Below the pieces are notes generated by a model. It was not told where the DNA came from. It saw only the letters and a program-made list of their open reading frames with translations, and made no database searches. Shown piece by piece: positions 39,454 through 52,601 of a stretch of DNA of 64,000 nt. This DNA is from an uncultured cyanobacterium (lineage in GTDB: Bacteria > Cyanobacteriota > Cyanobacteriia > PCC-6307 > Cyanobiaceae): positions 160,001-224,000 of the forward strand of contig CAVONQ010000018.1 of the NCBI GenBank assembly GCA_963697335.1, given 5' to 3'. Every line of letters begins with the position of its first letter. The first letter of the stretch is position 1. Position numbers and translations under genes: made by a program.

Positions 39454-40110
39454 ATGCGCGAGTCCTGGTCCGAGCCTGACCCACCGCTGCGGCGCGGACG
39501 GCCCGCCGAGCCGCCCCGGGGCGGTGGAGAGGCCTTCGAGCAGGGGCTGGATCGGCTGGTGTCGGCAGGACGCCACCTGGTGGATGGGGTGTCAGGGGCT
39601 CGCCCGGGCTCGCGTCCGTCGGGTCGCGGCGCCGGCCGTGGCGCCGGGGGGGTGCCGCGCCTCAACGAGCTGGGCCGCTGGGTGGAGACCAAGCTCGACT
39701 GGATCCTCGATGAGGAGGACTCCTGGCGCGAACCCTGGCAGGAGTCCCAGGATGGTTCGGGCCGCTCCCGGCCCGGCCCGGCTCGCCCCGCGGCGCCGGC
39801 GCCAGATGCTGACAGCACCAGTCCAGGTCTGGCCCCCCGCCGCCGGCTGGAGGCGATCTCCCGCCGCGGCGCATCCCGCCCCGGCGCGTCCGCCCCAAGG
39901 CTGACAAGCGGTGAGCCGCCAGCTCGGCAGGGATCGGCGGGGGACGACTGGCCCGATGAGGACAGTTTCGCCCTGCCCCGCTGGCAGCGCCCTCTCACCC
40001 CCCGCCCGGCGGCGGCGGGTCCCACGGAGCAGCTACGGCCGGCCCCCAAGGCCGCTGAGGCGCCGGCGCGGGCCCTGCCCCGCTCAAGCCGGCGCCGGTC
40101 CTCTGAGTAG
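39454..40110 (+). CDS. Conserved low-complexity cyanobacterial hypothetical protein
   Basis: LDRLVSAGRHLVDGVSGARPG, GRWVETKLDWILDEEDSWREPW, DWPDEDSF..RWQR. Confidence 0.65.
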   Translation: MRESWSEPDPPLRRGRPAEPPRGGGEAFEQGLDRLVSAGRHLVDGVSGARPGSRPSGRGAGRGAGGVPRLNELGRWVETKLDWILDEEDSWREPWQESQDGSGRSRPGPARPAAPAPDADSTSPGLAPRRRLEAISRRGASRPGASAPRLTSGEPPARQGSAGDDWPDEDSFALPRWQRPLTPRPAAAGPTEQLRPAPKAAEAPARALPRSSRRRSSE

Positions 40111-40135
40111 CCTGGAGGGCCATTGCGATCCCCTC

Positions 40136-40657
40136 ATGAGCAGCCTGGTGGTGGTGGGCTTCCCCAAGATCGAGGAAGCTGAAGCCGTGCGGCGCGAACT
40201 GGTGACGATCCAGCGCGAGCAGCTGATTGCCCTTGAGGATGCCGTGGTGGTGGACCACGACGACGACGGACAGGTGCACCTGCGCCAGGCCCTCAACCTC
40301 GCCGCCGCCGGCGCCCTTGGGGGCGGCTTCTGGGGCACCCTCGTGGGGCTGCTGTTCCTCAACCCGCTGCTGGGAGCTGCCGTGGGCGCGGGCGTCGGTG
40401 CCGCCTCAGGCTCCCTATCCGACATCGGCATCAACGACGGCTTCATGCGGGAGCTGGGAGAAACCCTGCCCCGCGGCACCGCCGCCCTCTGCCTGCTGGT
40501 GCGCGAGGCGAGTCCCGATCGGGTGATCGAGCGCCTGAGGGCCCACGCCCCCCATGCCCGCCTGCTGCGCACCAACCTCAGCCACACCGACGAAGATCAG
40601 CTGCGGGAGCTGCTGGAGAAGGCACGCCAACAGGCCGAGGCCTTGCGGCTCGGCTGA
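40136..40657 (+). CDS. DUF1269 family membrane protein
   Basis: LIALEDAVVV, GGFWGTLVGLLFLNP, LSDIGINDGF, LRTNLS. Confidence 0.9.
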   Translation: MSSLVVVGFPKIEEAEAVRRELVTIQREQLIALEDAVVVDHDDDGQVHLRQALNLAAAGALGGGFWGTLVGLLFLNPLLGAAVGAGVGAASGSLSDIGINDGFMRELGETLPRGTAALCLLVREASPDRVIERLRAHAPHARLLRTNLSHTDEDQLRELLEKARQQAEALRLG

Positions 40658-41138
40658 GACCTGCCAGGGCCACGCGGAAGCCGCTGCCCCGCTGCTGCAG
40701 CTCCTGGTTCACCGAGCCCACCAGCTCGGTGGGCACGTCGCTGGCCATCTCCTCTGCCGAGGTGGTGATCGCCTCGGAGCCGAGCAGCAGGGCTTCCAGC
40801 AGGTCGGCCCAGAGGGTCACCAGGCGGTTGGGCAGCATGGGCCTCATCCCCTGACCCTCCAGGACCGCACTGCAGCCCTGGCGCTGCCAGAGGGCAGAGC
40901 GGTGATGGCCCCGGGGATGGGTCAGCAGGGCCAGGCCCCGGTGCAGGGCCTCGCGACTGGGGGCCCCGTTGTGCTGGCGCAGGCCCGCCGCGCTGAGCTG
41001 GCGGCCGCAGAGTACGGCCGAGATGCCGAACAGCCGGCCCAGCTCGGTGAGGCTCAGCCAGTCGGCCTGCGTTTGCTCGCTTGCCTGCCGCTGCGACAGC
41101 GGCGCCCGGGGGCGCAGTTGGATGGAAGTAGGGGCCAT
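40578..41138 (-). CDS. Conserved hypothetical protein (possible N-terminal HTH)
   Basis: WLSLTELGRLFGISAVLCGRQL..GLR..G.P; WADLLEAL. Confidence 0.65.
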   Translation of the reverse strand: MAPTSIQLRPRAPLSQRQASEQTQADWLSLTELGRLFGISAVLCGRQLSAAGLRQHNGAPSREALHRGLALLTHPRGHHRSALWQRQGCSAVLEGQGMRPMLPNRLVTLWADLLEALLLGSEAITTSAEEMASDVPTELVGSVNQELQQRGSGFRVALAGLSRAARPRPVGVPSPAAPAADLRRCG

Positions 41139-41403
41139 CGGCCTCGAACTGATCAGCCCCAATGATCACCGCGCACCGGCTCCCGTCAATTCGTCAAGGG
41201 CTCTGCGTAGCCCTGCGTTACAGACTTCACAAATCGATACGATGTCATCATTTGGTGGCAGGCGACACCGCTGCTGCCGCGAAACCCCTGGGAGCCATGG
41301 TTTCAGGTCACGGCCGCCCATCGCTGGCCCCGGGGCCCAGGCTGTCGCTCCGGTGTGGTTTTCGCGGCTTTTGGTGACCGCCGGCCGGCCCTCAACGGGG
41401 CCG

Positions 41404-41979
41404 TCAAGCCACGACGGCCGGGCCCAGCCAGTGCTCCAGATCGGGTGAGAACACCTCCCGGATCACGGTGAGGGGCTGGCCACCGCGGAAGAAGCGGTAG
41501 TGGCGGCTCCAGAAGGGGCCCTTGCGGCCAAAGCGCTGGGCCAGCCAGGGGGCCTCCACCCGGGCCAGCCCATCCACCTCGCGGAACAGCTCGGCACGGT
41601 TGCTGGTGAGGCTGCGCCAGATCGGCTGGTCCCGGCGCTGCAGATGCTCCTGGGCCTGGTCATGGTTCCACCAGCTCTCGGCCCAGGCCAGGGTGTCCGG
41701 CCCGCAGCGCAGCCACACCTGGCGCCGGATCAGGGGCCCCGCCAGCTCCTCCACCTCCATCGGCGCCACGGCGCCATCGCCTGGCTGCTGCAGGCCCATG
41801 GCGATCAGCTCGATCTCCAGGGGCAGGCCCGTCAGGGCCTCCAGGTGTCGGGTGGGGCTGCCATCGCCGAGCAGCAACAAGCGCCAGGGCCCCGTGAGCT
41901 CGCCGCCGCAGCCTGGGCTCAGGGCCCCTCCGATCAGGCGGGCCTGCCAGATGGCCGCGGGGGAGGGGGCTGGGGCCAT
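41404..41979 (-). CDS. Chorismate pyruvate-lyase (UbiC/DUF98, Ycf21-like)
   Basis: LLLGDGSPTRHL, RRQVWL, LAWAESWW, PIWRSL, FWSRHYRF..PLTVIREVFSP. Confidence 0.88.
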   Translation of the reverse strand: MAPAPSPAAIWQARLIGGALSPGCGGELTGPWRLLLLGDGSPTRHLEALTGLPLEIELIAMGLQQPGDGAVAPMEVEELAGPLIRRQVWLRCGPDTLAWAESWWNHDQAQEHLQRRDQPIWRSLTSNRAELFREVDGLARVEAPWLAQRFGRKGPFWSRHYRFFRGGQPLTVIREVFSPDLEHWLGPAVVA

Positions 41980-42044
41980 CACCGGCATCGGAATCCTCGA
42001 TCGTCCCTCCTTACCCTAGAAATCACGCCTGGCGGGCCGCGGCC

Positions 42045-43130
42045 ATGACCCAGTTGCTGCCGCCGGTGGTGGTCGCCAACCTGCACGGCCGCTATACCGG
42101 CGTTTCGGCCACGGTGCGGGCCCTGGTGCCGCTGCAGCGCCGCCAGCTGGCCATCGGCCTGATCGACTGGGGCCAGCTGGGCCTGGAGGCCGGCCTGGCC
42201 CCGCGCCACCTGTTCCTGCAGGGCTGGCGGCCGCCGCCGGGGGCGGCCCGCCGCGTCTGGCATGCCCGCCGCGACCTGGAGATCCTGGTGGGTCTGCTGC
42301 TGCGGGGGGTGTTGCGCCAGCCCTGGGCGGTGCTGTTCACCTCGGCGGCCCCCAAGCCGCCCGGCCCGGTGCTGCTCTGGCTGATCCGCCGCTGCGACGC
42401 GGTGATCGCCACCTCAGGTCGCTCGGCGGGCTTCCTGCCCCAGGACTGCGTCAGCGCCACCATTCCCCATGGGGTGGACACGCACTTCTACAGCCCGGCG
42501 CCCACCGCCCCTGGCGGGGAGGGGCCTCCCGAACTGCCGGCCCTGATCGGCTGTTTCGGGCGGATCCGCCCGAGCAAGGGGGTGGACCTGGTGGTGGAGG
42601 CCCTGATCACCCTGCTGCCTGATCGTCCCAGCTACGGAGCCGTGTTCACCGGCCTGGTGCGACCGGCCGAGCGGGATTTCGTGGCGGGCCTGCAGCGGCG
42701 CATTGCCGCCGCCGGCCTGGACCAGCGCATCCGCTTCCTCGGCGACCTCGACCGCCTCGCCGTGCGGGGCTGGTACCGGCGGGTGTGCCTCTGCGTGGCG
42801 GCCTCGCGTCGGGAGGGCTTCGGGCTGACGCCCCTGGAGGCGATGGCCTGCGGCTGCGCGGTGCTCACCTCGGAGGCGGGTGCCTGGCCGGAGCTGGTGG
42901 ATGGGGAGGTGGGCCGCCGCTTCCAGACCGGCAACCTCGCCTCGCTCACCCAGGAGTTGGCGCGGCTGCTCGATCAGCCCGACGAGCTGCGGGCCATGGG
43001 CCGGCGGGCGCGGCGCCGCGCCCTGGCCCGCCATTCCCTGGAGATAGAAGCCAGCGCGATCAACGCCCTCTACCGGCAGCTGCTGGAGGGTGCCGGGGAA
43101 GCGAAGGCGCCGATCAGCCGCCGCTGCTGA
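42045..43130 (+). CDS. GT4 glycosyltransferase resembling rhizobial LpcC/LpsB LPS-core mannosyltransferase
   Basis: ANLHGRYTGVSATV, VWHARRDLE, LFTSAA, IPHGVDT, GCFGRIRPSKGVD, EGFGLTPLEAMACG. Confidence 0.85.
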   Translation: MTQLLPPVVVANLHGRYTGVSATVRALVPLQRRQLAIGLIDWGQLGLEAGLAPRHLFLQGWRPPPGAARRVWHARRDLEILVGLLLRGVLRQPWAVLFTSAAPKPPGPVLLWLIRRCDAVIATSGRSAGFLPQDCVSATIPHGVDTHFYSPAPTAPGGEGPPELPALIGCFGRIRPSKGVDLVVEALITLLPDRPSYGAVFTGLVRPAERDFVAGLQRRIAAAGLDQRIRFLGDLDRLAVRGWYRRVCLCVAASRREGFGLTPLEAMACGCAVLTSEAGAWPELVDGEVGRRFQTGNLASLTQELARLLDQPDELRAMGRRARRRALARHSLEIEASAINALYRQLLEGAGEAKAPISRRC

Positions 43131-43983
43131 TGCTGATCAGGCGCTGCTCGCCGTTGCGCTCGATCACGGCACTGTCCGCATTGGCGGAGCGCAGCGTCCA
43201 GCCGGAAGCGCCGATGGTTTCCCCCACCGAGGCGCTGGTGGAGGAGCTGCCGACCTGAAAAATGGCCGAGCCGCCGTGGCCCGGCGCCTGCACCACCCCG
43301 ATCAGCTGGGGTGCTGGGTCGCCCCCGGATCCGCCGCCTCCCATGCTGCCGCCAGGCCTGGGGGTGGCCCCGCTCGGCCCAGCCGCCATGGCCGGCGGGG
43401 CCGAGCGGCTGACGTTGCCGTTCATCGGCACCTGGAGCACCCGTGCCCCAGGTGCACTGCTGGGCGGCAAGGTGGCCAGCTCCTGCATCCAGGGCTCCGC
43501 CGGCGGCGGTGGTGGCAGACCATCCTCTGCGGCCGCCAAGGCCTCGGGATCGGGCGAGGCCGGGCCCATGGCGCGCAGCCGCTCCATCATCAGCAGGTTG
43601 CGTTCCTGGCGGATCGCTTGCTGGTCCTGGCTGCGCAGCTGCAGGGCCACCAGCCCAAGGCCCGCCACGGTGGTGATGCCCAGGCTCACGCTGGCCAGCA
43701 CCAGGGCCGACGGAGGCGATTGACTTACAGGGGGGTGCCGCCGGGCGCTGGCCGCGGTCTTCGCGCCCGGCGCTGGGGGAGCCGGCGGTGGCGGCGGCAT
43801 GGGCGGCGGATCGAACACCTCCACCTCGATCGCCAGCTCCGGCGAGAAGACCCGGTTCATGACCTGCTCAGCCCGCAGTTCCCAATAGGCCCTGGAGGTG
43901 CAGTTGCCCTGACCTTGATTCACCCCAGCTGCTGATCGTGGCGGTGACAGTACACCAATCGTCTTTTCAGGTTTGTCACCCAT
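43114..43983 (-). CDS. Conserved membrane-anchored protein with PilP/GspC-like C-terminal domain; start uncertain
   Basis: YWELRAEQVMNRVF, TM helix, QERNLLMMERLR, LPPPPPAEPW, PQLIGVV..SAIF..VGETIGASGWTL. Confidence 0.65.
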   Translation of the reverse strand: MGDKPEKTIGVLSPPRSAAGVNQGQGNCTSRAYWELRAEQVMNRVFSPELAIEVEVFDPPPMPPPPPAPPAPGAKTAASARRHPPVSQSPPSALVLASVSLGITTVAGLGLVALQLRSQDQQAIRQERNLLMMERLRAMGPASPDPEALAAAEDGLPPPPPAEPWMQELATLPPSSAPGARVLQVPMNGNVSRSAPPAMAAGPSGATPRPGGSMGGGGSGGDPAPQLIGVVQAPGHGGSAIFQVGSSSTSASVGETIGASGWTLRSANADSAVIERNGEQRLISISSGG

Positions 43984-44022
43984 CCGTCGGTGTCTCTCGG
44001 GGCTGGTGCCCCAGCCGGAGGT

Positions 44023-44895
44023 TCAGCACCGCAGGGCGCGGGCGTGGTGCTCGAGGTGGTCGGCGATGAAGCTGGCGATGCAGAAGTAGCTGTGGTCATA
44101 GCCCTGCTGGCGGCGCAGCTCCAGGGGCTGGCCCACGGCCGCCGCCGCCTCGGCGAGGGCCTCCGGATGCAGCTGGTCGTGCAGGAAGGGATCGGCCATG
44201 CCCTGGTCCACCAGGATCGGCAGCGGCGCAGCCTGGTCGGGGCCGATCGCCCGCGCACCCGAGCGCAGCAGGGCGGTGGCATCCCAGGCCTGCCAGGCGC
44301 TGGGATCGGGGCCGAGCAGGTGGCCGAAGGCCTTCTGGCCCCAGCCACAGGCGCAGGGGTGGGCGATCGGCGCGAAGGCCGACACTGCGCAGTAGCGGCC
44401 GGGATGCCGCAGCACCGCCACCAGGGCGCCGTGGCCCCCCATCGAATGGCCACAGAGGCTGCGGCGCCCGCTCAGTGGCAACGCCGCCTCCAGCAGCTCC
44501 GGCAGTTCCTGCACCACGTAGCTGTGCATGCGGTAGTGGTGGCTCCAGGGCGCCTCGGTGGCATCCACGTAGAAGCCGGCGCCGTGGCCGAAATCCCAGC
44601 CGCCATCGGGGTCGCTCGGCACCTCAGGCCCGCGGGGGCTGGTGTCCGGCATCACCAGGGCCAGGCCCAGCTCGGCGGCGCGGCGCTGGGCTCCGGCCTT
44701 CTGGCTGACGTTCTCATCGGTGCAGGTGAGGCCCGACAGCCAATAGACGGCGGGCACCTTTGCCCCCGCCAGGGCCGCGGGGGGCAGGAACACCCCCAGC
44801 GGCATCGAGCAGTTCAGCTGCTCCGAGTGGTGGCGGTAGCGGCGCTGGGAGCCGCCGAAGCAGCGCTGGTCGCTGAGCAGTTCGAGCTGGGCCAC
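44023..44895 (-). CDS. fghA: S-formylglutathione hydrolase
   Basis: WLSGLTCTDEN, PDTSPRG, GAGFYVDAT, GHSMGGHGAL, YDHSYF. Confidence 0.95.
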   Translation of the reverse strand: MAQLELLSDQRCFGGSQRRYRHHSEQLNCSMPLGVFLPPAALAGAKVPAVYWLSGLTCTDENVSQKAGAQRRAAELGLALVMPDTSPRGPEVPSDPDGGWDFGHGAGFYVDATEAPWSHHYRMHSYVVQELPELLEAALPLSGRRSLCGHSMGGHGALVAVLRHPGRYCAVSAFAPIAHPCACGWGQKAFGHLLGPDPSAWQAWDATALLRSGARAIGPDQAAPLPILVDQGMADPFLHDQLHPEALAEAAAAVGQPLELRRQQGYDHSYFCIASFIADHLEHHARALRC

Positions 44896-44917
44896 GGCGG
44901 GAGCCTGGGATCAGGGG

Positions 44918-47978
<3,061 letters not shown>

Positions 47979-48262
47979 TGGTCAACCAGGGTCAATGTTC
48001 AACCGGGCCGGCAAGCGCTGAGCATGCTGGGCGCCAATTCGCTCTGGGATTGGCCGTGCAGGAATTGACCCTACAGGAATGGGGCAAGGACAGCGTTGCC
48101 AACTGAGACCGAGCGGTGGACCGCACGACGAGAGGATAGACAGTGGCCGCATCCAGATGCCGCCAGGACGGCAAGCTGGAATGACATGACAATGATCTGA
48201 TGTGGGACTGATGATTGGCTAAATATAGGGTTGAACCATGCGAAAGAGGCAGTCAGATGGAT

Positions 48263-49192
48263 TCATGCAGGATGGGTGTCAAGTTGATGGTCGAACCGAT
48301 CTAAATAGTCAAACATGGCCTTGCTACACAGTGCATGCTTAATAAATGTGCGTTTTAACTTCTCTGGCTTGCACCCGCTTTGACGAGAAGCTGTGATAAT
48401 TTCTTGGCGATTTTCTGGATAAAACTCGTCTAAAGAATTGTAGAAGAACTTGCGAAATCTCTGCGGCAACCTGGCCTCATGGTCGTTCCATGGTTTTTTC
48501 TTGCCGATAAAGTGATAAATGATCGGTTCTGCTAGGTCTGCGAATAGCTTTGACGACCAAGTATACTGCCAATTCCAAATAGGGCTGATCTCGACCCAGC
48601 TTTTATAGAATAAAATGTTGAGCAGTGATTGGTCATTTCTGGGCAGGCTCTCGCCTGGCCGTGTTGCCATGGCAACAGCCTTCTCGAGGTAATTTGAACG
48701 ATTAAAGCTGTCAATATCAATTAGCAATACGCCGGCATTAAAGTATGGTGCGCAAGACAAGCCGCGCTCGCTAAACTCAGGCATCTGCCTTCCTGGTGTC
48801 CGCCATTGCAAATTATCTCGTACTGCACCTATGCACCTGTCTCCTAGGTCGATGTCAAAGATGGGAGATAGTGGCTTGGCAACGATGGTGTCGCTATCAA
48901 GAAATAAGACCTTCTGATATCTGTTCGCAAGTAACGATGGAACTAAGAATCGTAGGTATGTCGCTAGGCCATGTCGACTGCGGCTTCCTAGAGATTCGAA
49001 TGGGTTAGGTTCGTTCGGATGAAGAACTTCTAGATTTGGGATGGAAACTGCTTTGGGTGACTTGCACCCGTCAGAATTCACTATGACGATATCATAATCA
49101 CGGGCCCCTTCTTGTTGGTAGAGGTTGTTGGCCACGCACAGAGCATAGGGAAAATAATTCCTGTCGCAAGCCAAGGCAACTGCATAATTCAT
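48263..49192 (-). CDS. GT8-family glycosyltransferase (low-GC island)
   Basis: ACDRNY, TYLRF, VLFLDSD, YFNAGVLLID, DQSLLN, WNWQ, IYHFIGKKKPW. Confidence 0.9.
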   Translation of the reverse strand: MNYAVALACDRNYFPYALCVANNLYQQEGARDYDIVIVNSDGCKSPKAVSIPNLEVLHPNEPNPFESLGSRSRHGLATYLRFLVPSLLANRYQKVLFLDSDTIVAKPLSPIFDIDLGDRCIGAVRDNLQWRTPGRQMPEFSERGLSCAPYFNAGVLLIDIDSFNRSNYLEKAVAMATRPGESLPRNDQSLLNILFYKSWVEISPIWNWQYTWSSKLFADLAEPIIYHFIGKKKPWNDHEARLPQRFRKFFYNSLDEFYPENRQEIITASRQSGCKPEKLKRTFIKHALCSKAMFDYLDRFDHQLDTHPA

Positions 49193-49359
49193 TGTAGCCG
49201 CTTGAACTGGATGCGAACAGAATGACGTGTCAACGGTTACTTTGGTGAGATCAGATTAGTTCCCTTGCCTGGTCTTAGGTAGAATATGGCCAGCGATCTA
49301 TGTTGCCAAGGATGCCGTGCAGAGATATGTGATGCGATTATAGGATGACACCAGGTTGA

Positions 49360-50253
49360 TCATTCCTGCCTCATGACTCGTCCATTGGGTGCGTTGACAA
49401 GACAGCTTTGACGTGCTGCCAGGACCTGTTCACGGCCTGGTCCGAATTCATGCAAAGTGTAGTGAGTTAGCTTGCGTTCAATCACGTCTCGTATGAATAT
49501 GAATGGAGGATCATCGCCCAAGCGCCGCTTTTGGGATCTCCACTCCTGCAGTTCTTTTCGATTGACATAGAACATGACTAAAACATCTCGGTCAATGGTT
49601 GAAGAAAATCCGTGATAGGAGTTAAAGTGAGGCGCAAAAATACATACGGAATTCTGTTGGTAGAGGGCAGCATAGTGGGGCGCAAGGTTTGAATCGTAGA
49701 GAATAGTGCCATTCATTTTGGCTGCATCTACGTCCACCTGCTCTTTGGGCATGTAAAAGACGAATGATAAATACTTTGGGGGGATGTCGACATGGATATT
49801 CTGGAATCGATTGGCCTGGGTAAAGGTAAATTCAAACTCCTCGTCGTGGATGCCAATGGCATCACATAGATGATCCAGATTGGATGAATAGAACTTTGAG
49901 AGCAGTGTAAACTTCACCCTTGAATCCGAAAATATGGCGCGAACTGCAACGGCGGCTGGATTGCTTGAGCGACTTAAGCTGTGTTTTCGATTGCTAAACT
50001 CTGGATTGTCCTGGTTTCTTGGGCCAAACAGTCCTTTGTCTTTCGTCTCTTGCATGTAGCCAGCGAGCTCGTCATAGAGCTCGGCAGGCAATATTCTTTC
50101 GACGTACAGATTGCCGAATGGGCTGTAGTTTACTGGTGTTTCCTCGATTCTTTTGACCACATAGTCGCAGTAAGTGGCAATAATCGTGTCGGCGTTGATC
50201 CGTGGAGCGGCCATCTCGCTCAACAAATCTTTTGCCAGTGTGAACTTGACCAT
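49360..50253 (-). CDS. Hypothetical protein with 2OG-Fe(II) oxygenase-like motifs (low-GC island)
   Basis: PFGNLYVERILP, HVD..KYLSFVFYMP, NGTILY, SYHG....R. Confidence 0.6.
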   Translation of the reverse strand: MVKFTLAKDLLSEMAAPRINADTIIATYCDYVVKRIEETPVNYSPFGNLYVERILPAELYDELAGYMQETKDKGLFGPRNQDNPEFSNRKHSLSRSSNPAAVAVRAIFSDSRVKFTLLSKFYSSNLDHLCDAIGIHDEEFEFTFTQANRFQNIHVDIPPKYLSFVFYMPKEQVDVDAAKMNGTILYDSNLAPHYAALYQQNSVCIFAPHFNSYHGFSSTIDRDVLVMFYVNRKELQEWRSQKRRLGDDPPFIFIRDVIERKLTHYTLHEFGPGREQVLAARQSCLVNAPNGRVMRQE

Positions 50254-50565
50254 GGCTCGGGCACTTTCCTGCAGCATAAAGCAAGATGACTTTCCTGCGC
50301 AAGAGGATTGTTATTCTTGAATCCTTGTTGTCTCCAGAGCAAAGGGTCCCAAGGGATGAGAAGCTGAATGCAGCACGTGCCTGGCCAGACACCACCATCG
50401 GCCTGCTGAAGCTGTTCAGGGCTCCATTGGTGTCATCCTGGGTTGAGTCCCTCTTGGTCGAGCCTGGGCTTGATCAGAGCCACGGCATCCTCGCGCTGCT
50501 TGGCGTCAATCTGCTGAGTCTTGATGGTCCGATTCTATGTTGACTCTGAAAGACAGCACTTGCAT

Positions 50566-51654
50566 TTAATCTTCGTGTAACTTGAACTGATTCAGGAAGG
50601 TATTTATTTCGGCTGTTGGAATATTCAACTCTGGCACCAATTGCGATTGCAGAAGGTCGCGCAGCTTGAGGCGGACATCCTTCCTACGGATGTAGCAGAG
50701 ATTAGTCTTTGTCGCTATGTCCCGAGATCTGTTGTCAATCCCAATGACGATCACCCTTTTGTTGTGCTGCAAGCCGCGAATCGTTCCGTGGAGCCGAGTG
50801 CCAATCACATCCACATTCGTGTTGGCCAGGAAGTTGTCATAGCTTCTGAGGCTGGGCGCGATAATCTTGATATCATCTGTTTCTGTCAGTGACTGTAGAT
50901 AGGCAAGATCACGTGGCTGTTGGGGCCAAAAATATAGATCTTTGTAATTCTCCCTTAAAGCCATGATCATGTCTCTATCCTCTGCGCTCGCTTTGTGCTG
51001 GGTCAAGGTAAAGCACGCTCTCTCTGACTTCTCGGCGGGGTGAGCTGGTATCTTGTCTCTAAACATCCACAGTGTTGGGCATGTGGTGTCGACAGCTTTC
51101 CTGCCGATGCCTTCCAGAATTCGCTTCCCGGATATGTCTCGCGCAGCGTGAAGATGCTGCCTTGATAAAACCTCGTTGAGAAAGTCGGCCTGATTATTCT
51201 CAACTTTTTGAAATGCTTTGTTTGCCCCGACGCCAAATAACACAACCTTTCCCTTCAGCAGGGCGATATCGCTTGATCTCATATGCCATATGTATGGCTT
51301 GTTGGCATGATATCTTGCAGACAATGCATTCGTGCCAACCAGTAAAACTATGTCCGCGTGATTGATTAGCTTTCGAGACGACGGCCCAATTCCGTCATGG
51401 CTTGATGAGGTGGTTATGTAGTAGCTCTTGAATGCCTCCTCGATATAGCCGTATGCAGACTTCATGATTATTTCATCGCCGATGTTGTCTGAGGCTATGG
51501 CTGTGTCCAGGATGTGAACATGAGGGTGGCCCCCCTGCGACAATTCGATTGCGGCCTGGCCGCCTCCGCTTGAGTGAGAAAGTAGTGCCAGGATCTCTCG
51601 CGTTGAATGCAATATAATTCTGCTGACGTCTGTTAGCTTTCTGGTAGCAGCCAT
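50566..51654 (-). CDS. Polysaccharide pyruvyl transferase family protein (low-GC island)
   Basis: SDNIGDEIIM, LVGTN, LFGVG, ARD, TTCPTLW, WPQ, IGTRLHG, IGIDNR. Confidence 0.85.
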   Translation of the reverse strand: MAATRKLTDVSRIILHSTREILALLSHSSGGGQAAIELSQGGHPHVHILDTAIASDNIGDEIIMKSAYGYIEEAFKSYYITTSSSHDGIGPSSRKLINHADIVLLVGTNALSARYHANKPYIWHMRSSDIALLKGKVVLFGVGANKAFQKVENNQADFLNEVLSRQHLHAARDISGKRILEGIGRKAVDTTCPTLWMFRDKIPAHPAEKSERACFTLTQHKASAEDRDMIMALRENYKDLYFWPQQPRDLAYLQSLTETDDIKIIAPSLRSYDNFLANTNVDVIGTRLHGTIRGLQHNKRVIVIGIDNRSRDIATKTNLCYIRRKDVRLKLRDLLQSQLVPELNIPTAEINTFLNQFKLHED

Positions 51655-52601
51655 GTGCAGTCCGATTGCCACTTCTTGTTGATTGACCCTATCACATTTA
51701 AGCTGTGTGATTGAGTCGCGGCCTTGTGACCATTCGTCCTCGCCTGGTTCAAGGCGTCTGCCGGGCTTCACGCTGCTCTTTGCTGTGCCATTCGAATCGC
51801 CTCGGTCCGGGTGATGCCCTGCAACCACCTCGGCAGCTCGCAAGCTCGCCGATGCGAGGCCGTCCGCGCTGATCGCACCCAATCACGCAGCACGGAGTCT
51901 GGGGGCCTGCGCTGCTTCTTCACCCGTGAAAACCTGATTCCCAGCGTCACTCCTGTTCCATGCACAAGTGCTGCATCGCCGTTCCATTCGCCTCTTAACG
52001 AGACAAAAGAGTGGGCTGTCAACGGATGTTTCTCCTGGGTCAGATGACGCTCAGGTCAGTAGGGGTTTTGCATGGCTGCAGGGGAGCTCTCTTGGCTTGG
52101 GTTGTGGATTTGTGCACTCCGCTTGTAGCCCCGCAGAGACAGCAATTCCCGAAAATCTTGTGTCATTCACTGAAGCACCAGTTGCCGTACCGAGAAGTCT
52201 TACCAAAGTCAATGAACTGATTTCCCGAGCTCGTGTTGTTTTGGCTCACTCATCCGTGTTGAGATCAAACTCATCGAGTTCACGGGCCTGTCATGGCTTC
52301 ATGGCCCCGGGAGCATCCCGCGGGCGTCACCGTGACGGCTTTGCTGATGGTCCAGGCGTTGGCGGCCACGCTGCGTCAAGCGGGCCTTGGGGTGGCTCTC
52401 CATGGCTCAGTCAGGTCGCGGTTGGTGGGTTGCACCTCAATCCCTATCTGTCTCACGCCTCCGTTGACGATGCGCATCCTGCTGAGATGGAACAACCCGT
52501 CAACAGCCCAATTGGCCTGTTCCCCAAGGGGGAGTGCATGATCTCCACGTTGCCCATGCACTTGAAGGAGTCATCCACACCACCTTCGCCGAGGTGGATG
52601 A

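Noticed and set aside
50286..50543. 85-aa plus-strand ORF in the low-GC island
   Set aside because: No motif and opposite to all island genes; probably spacer
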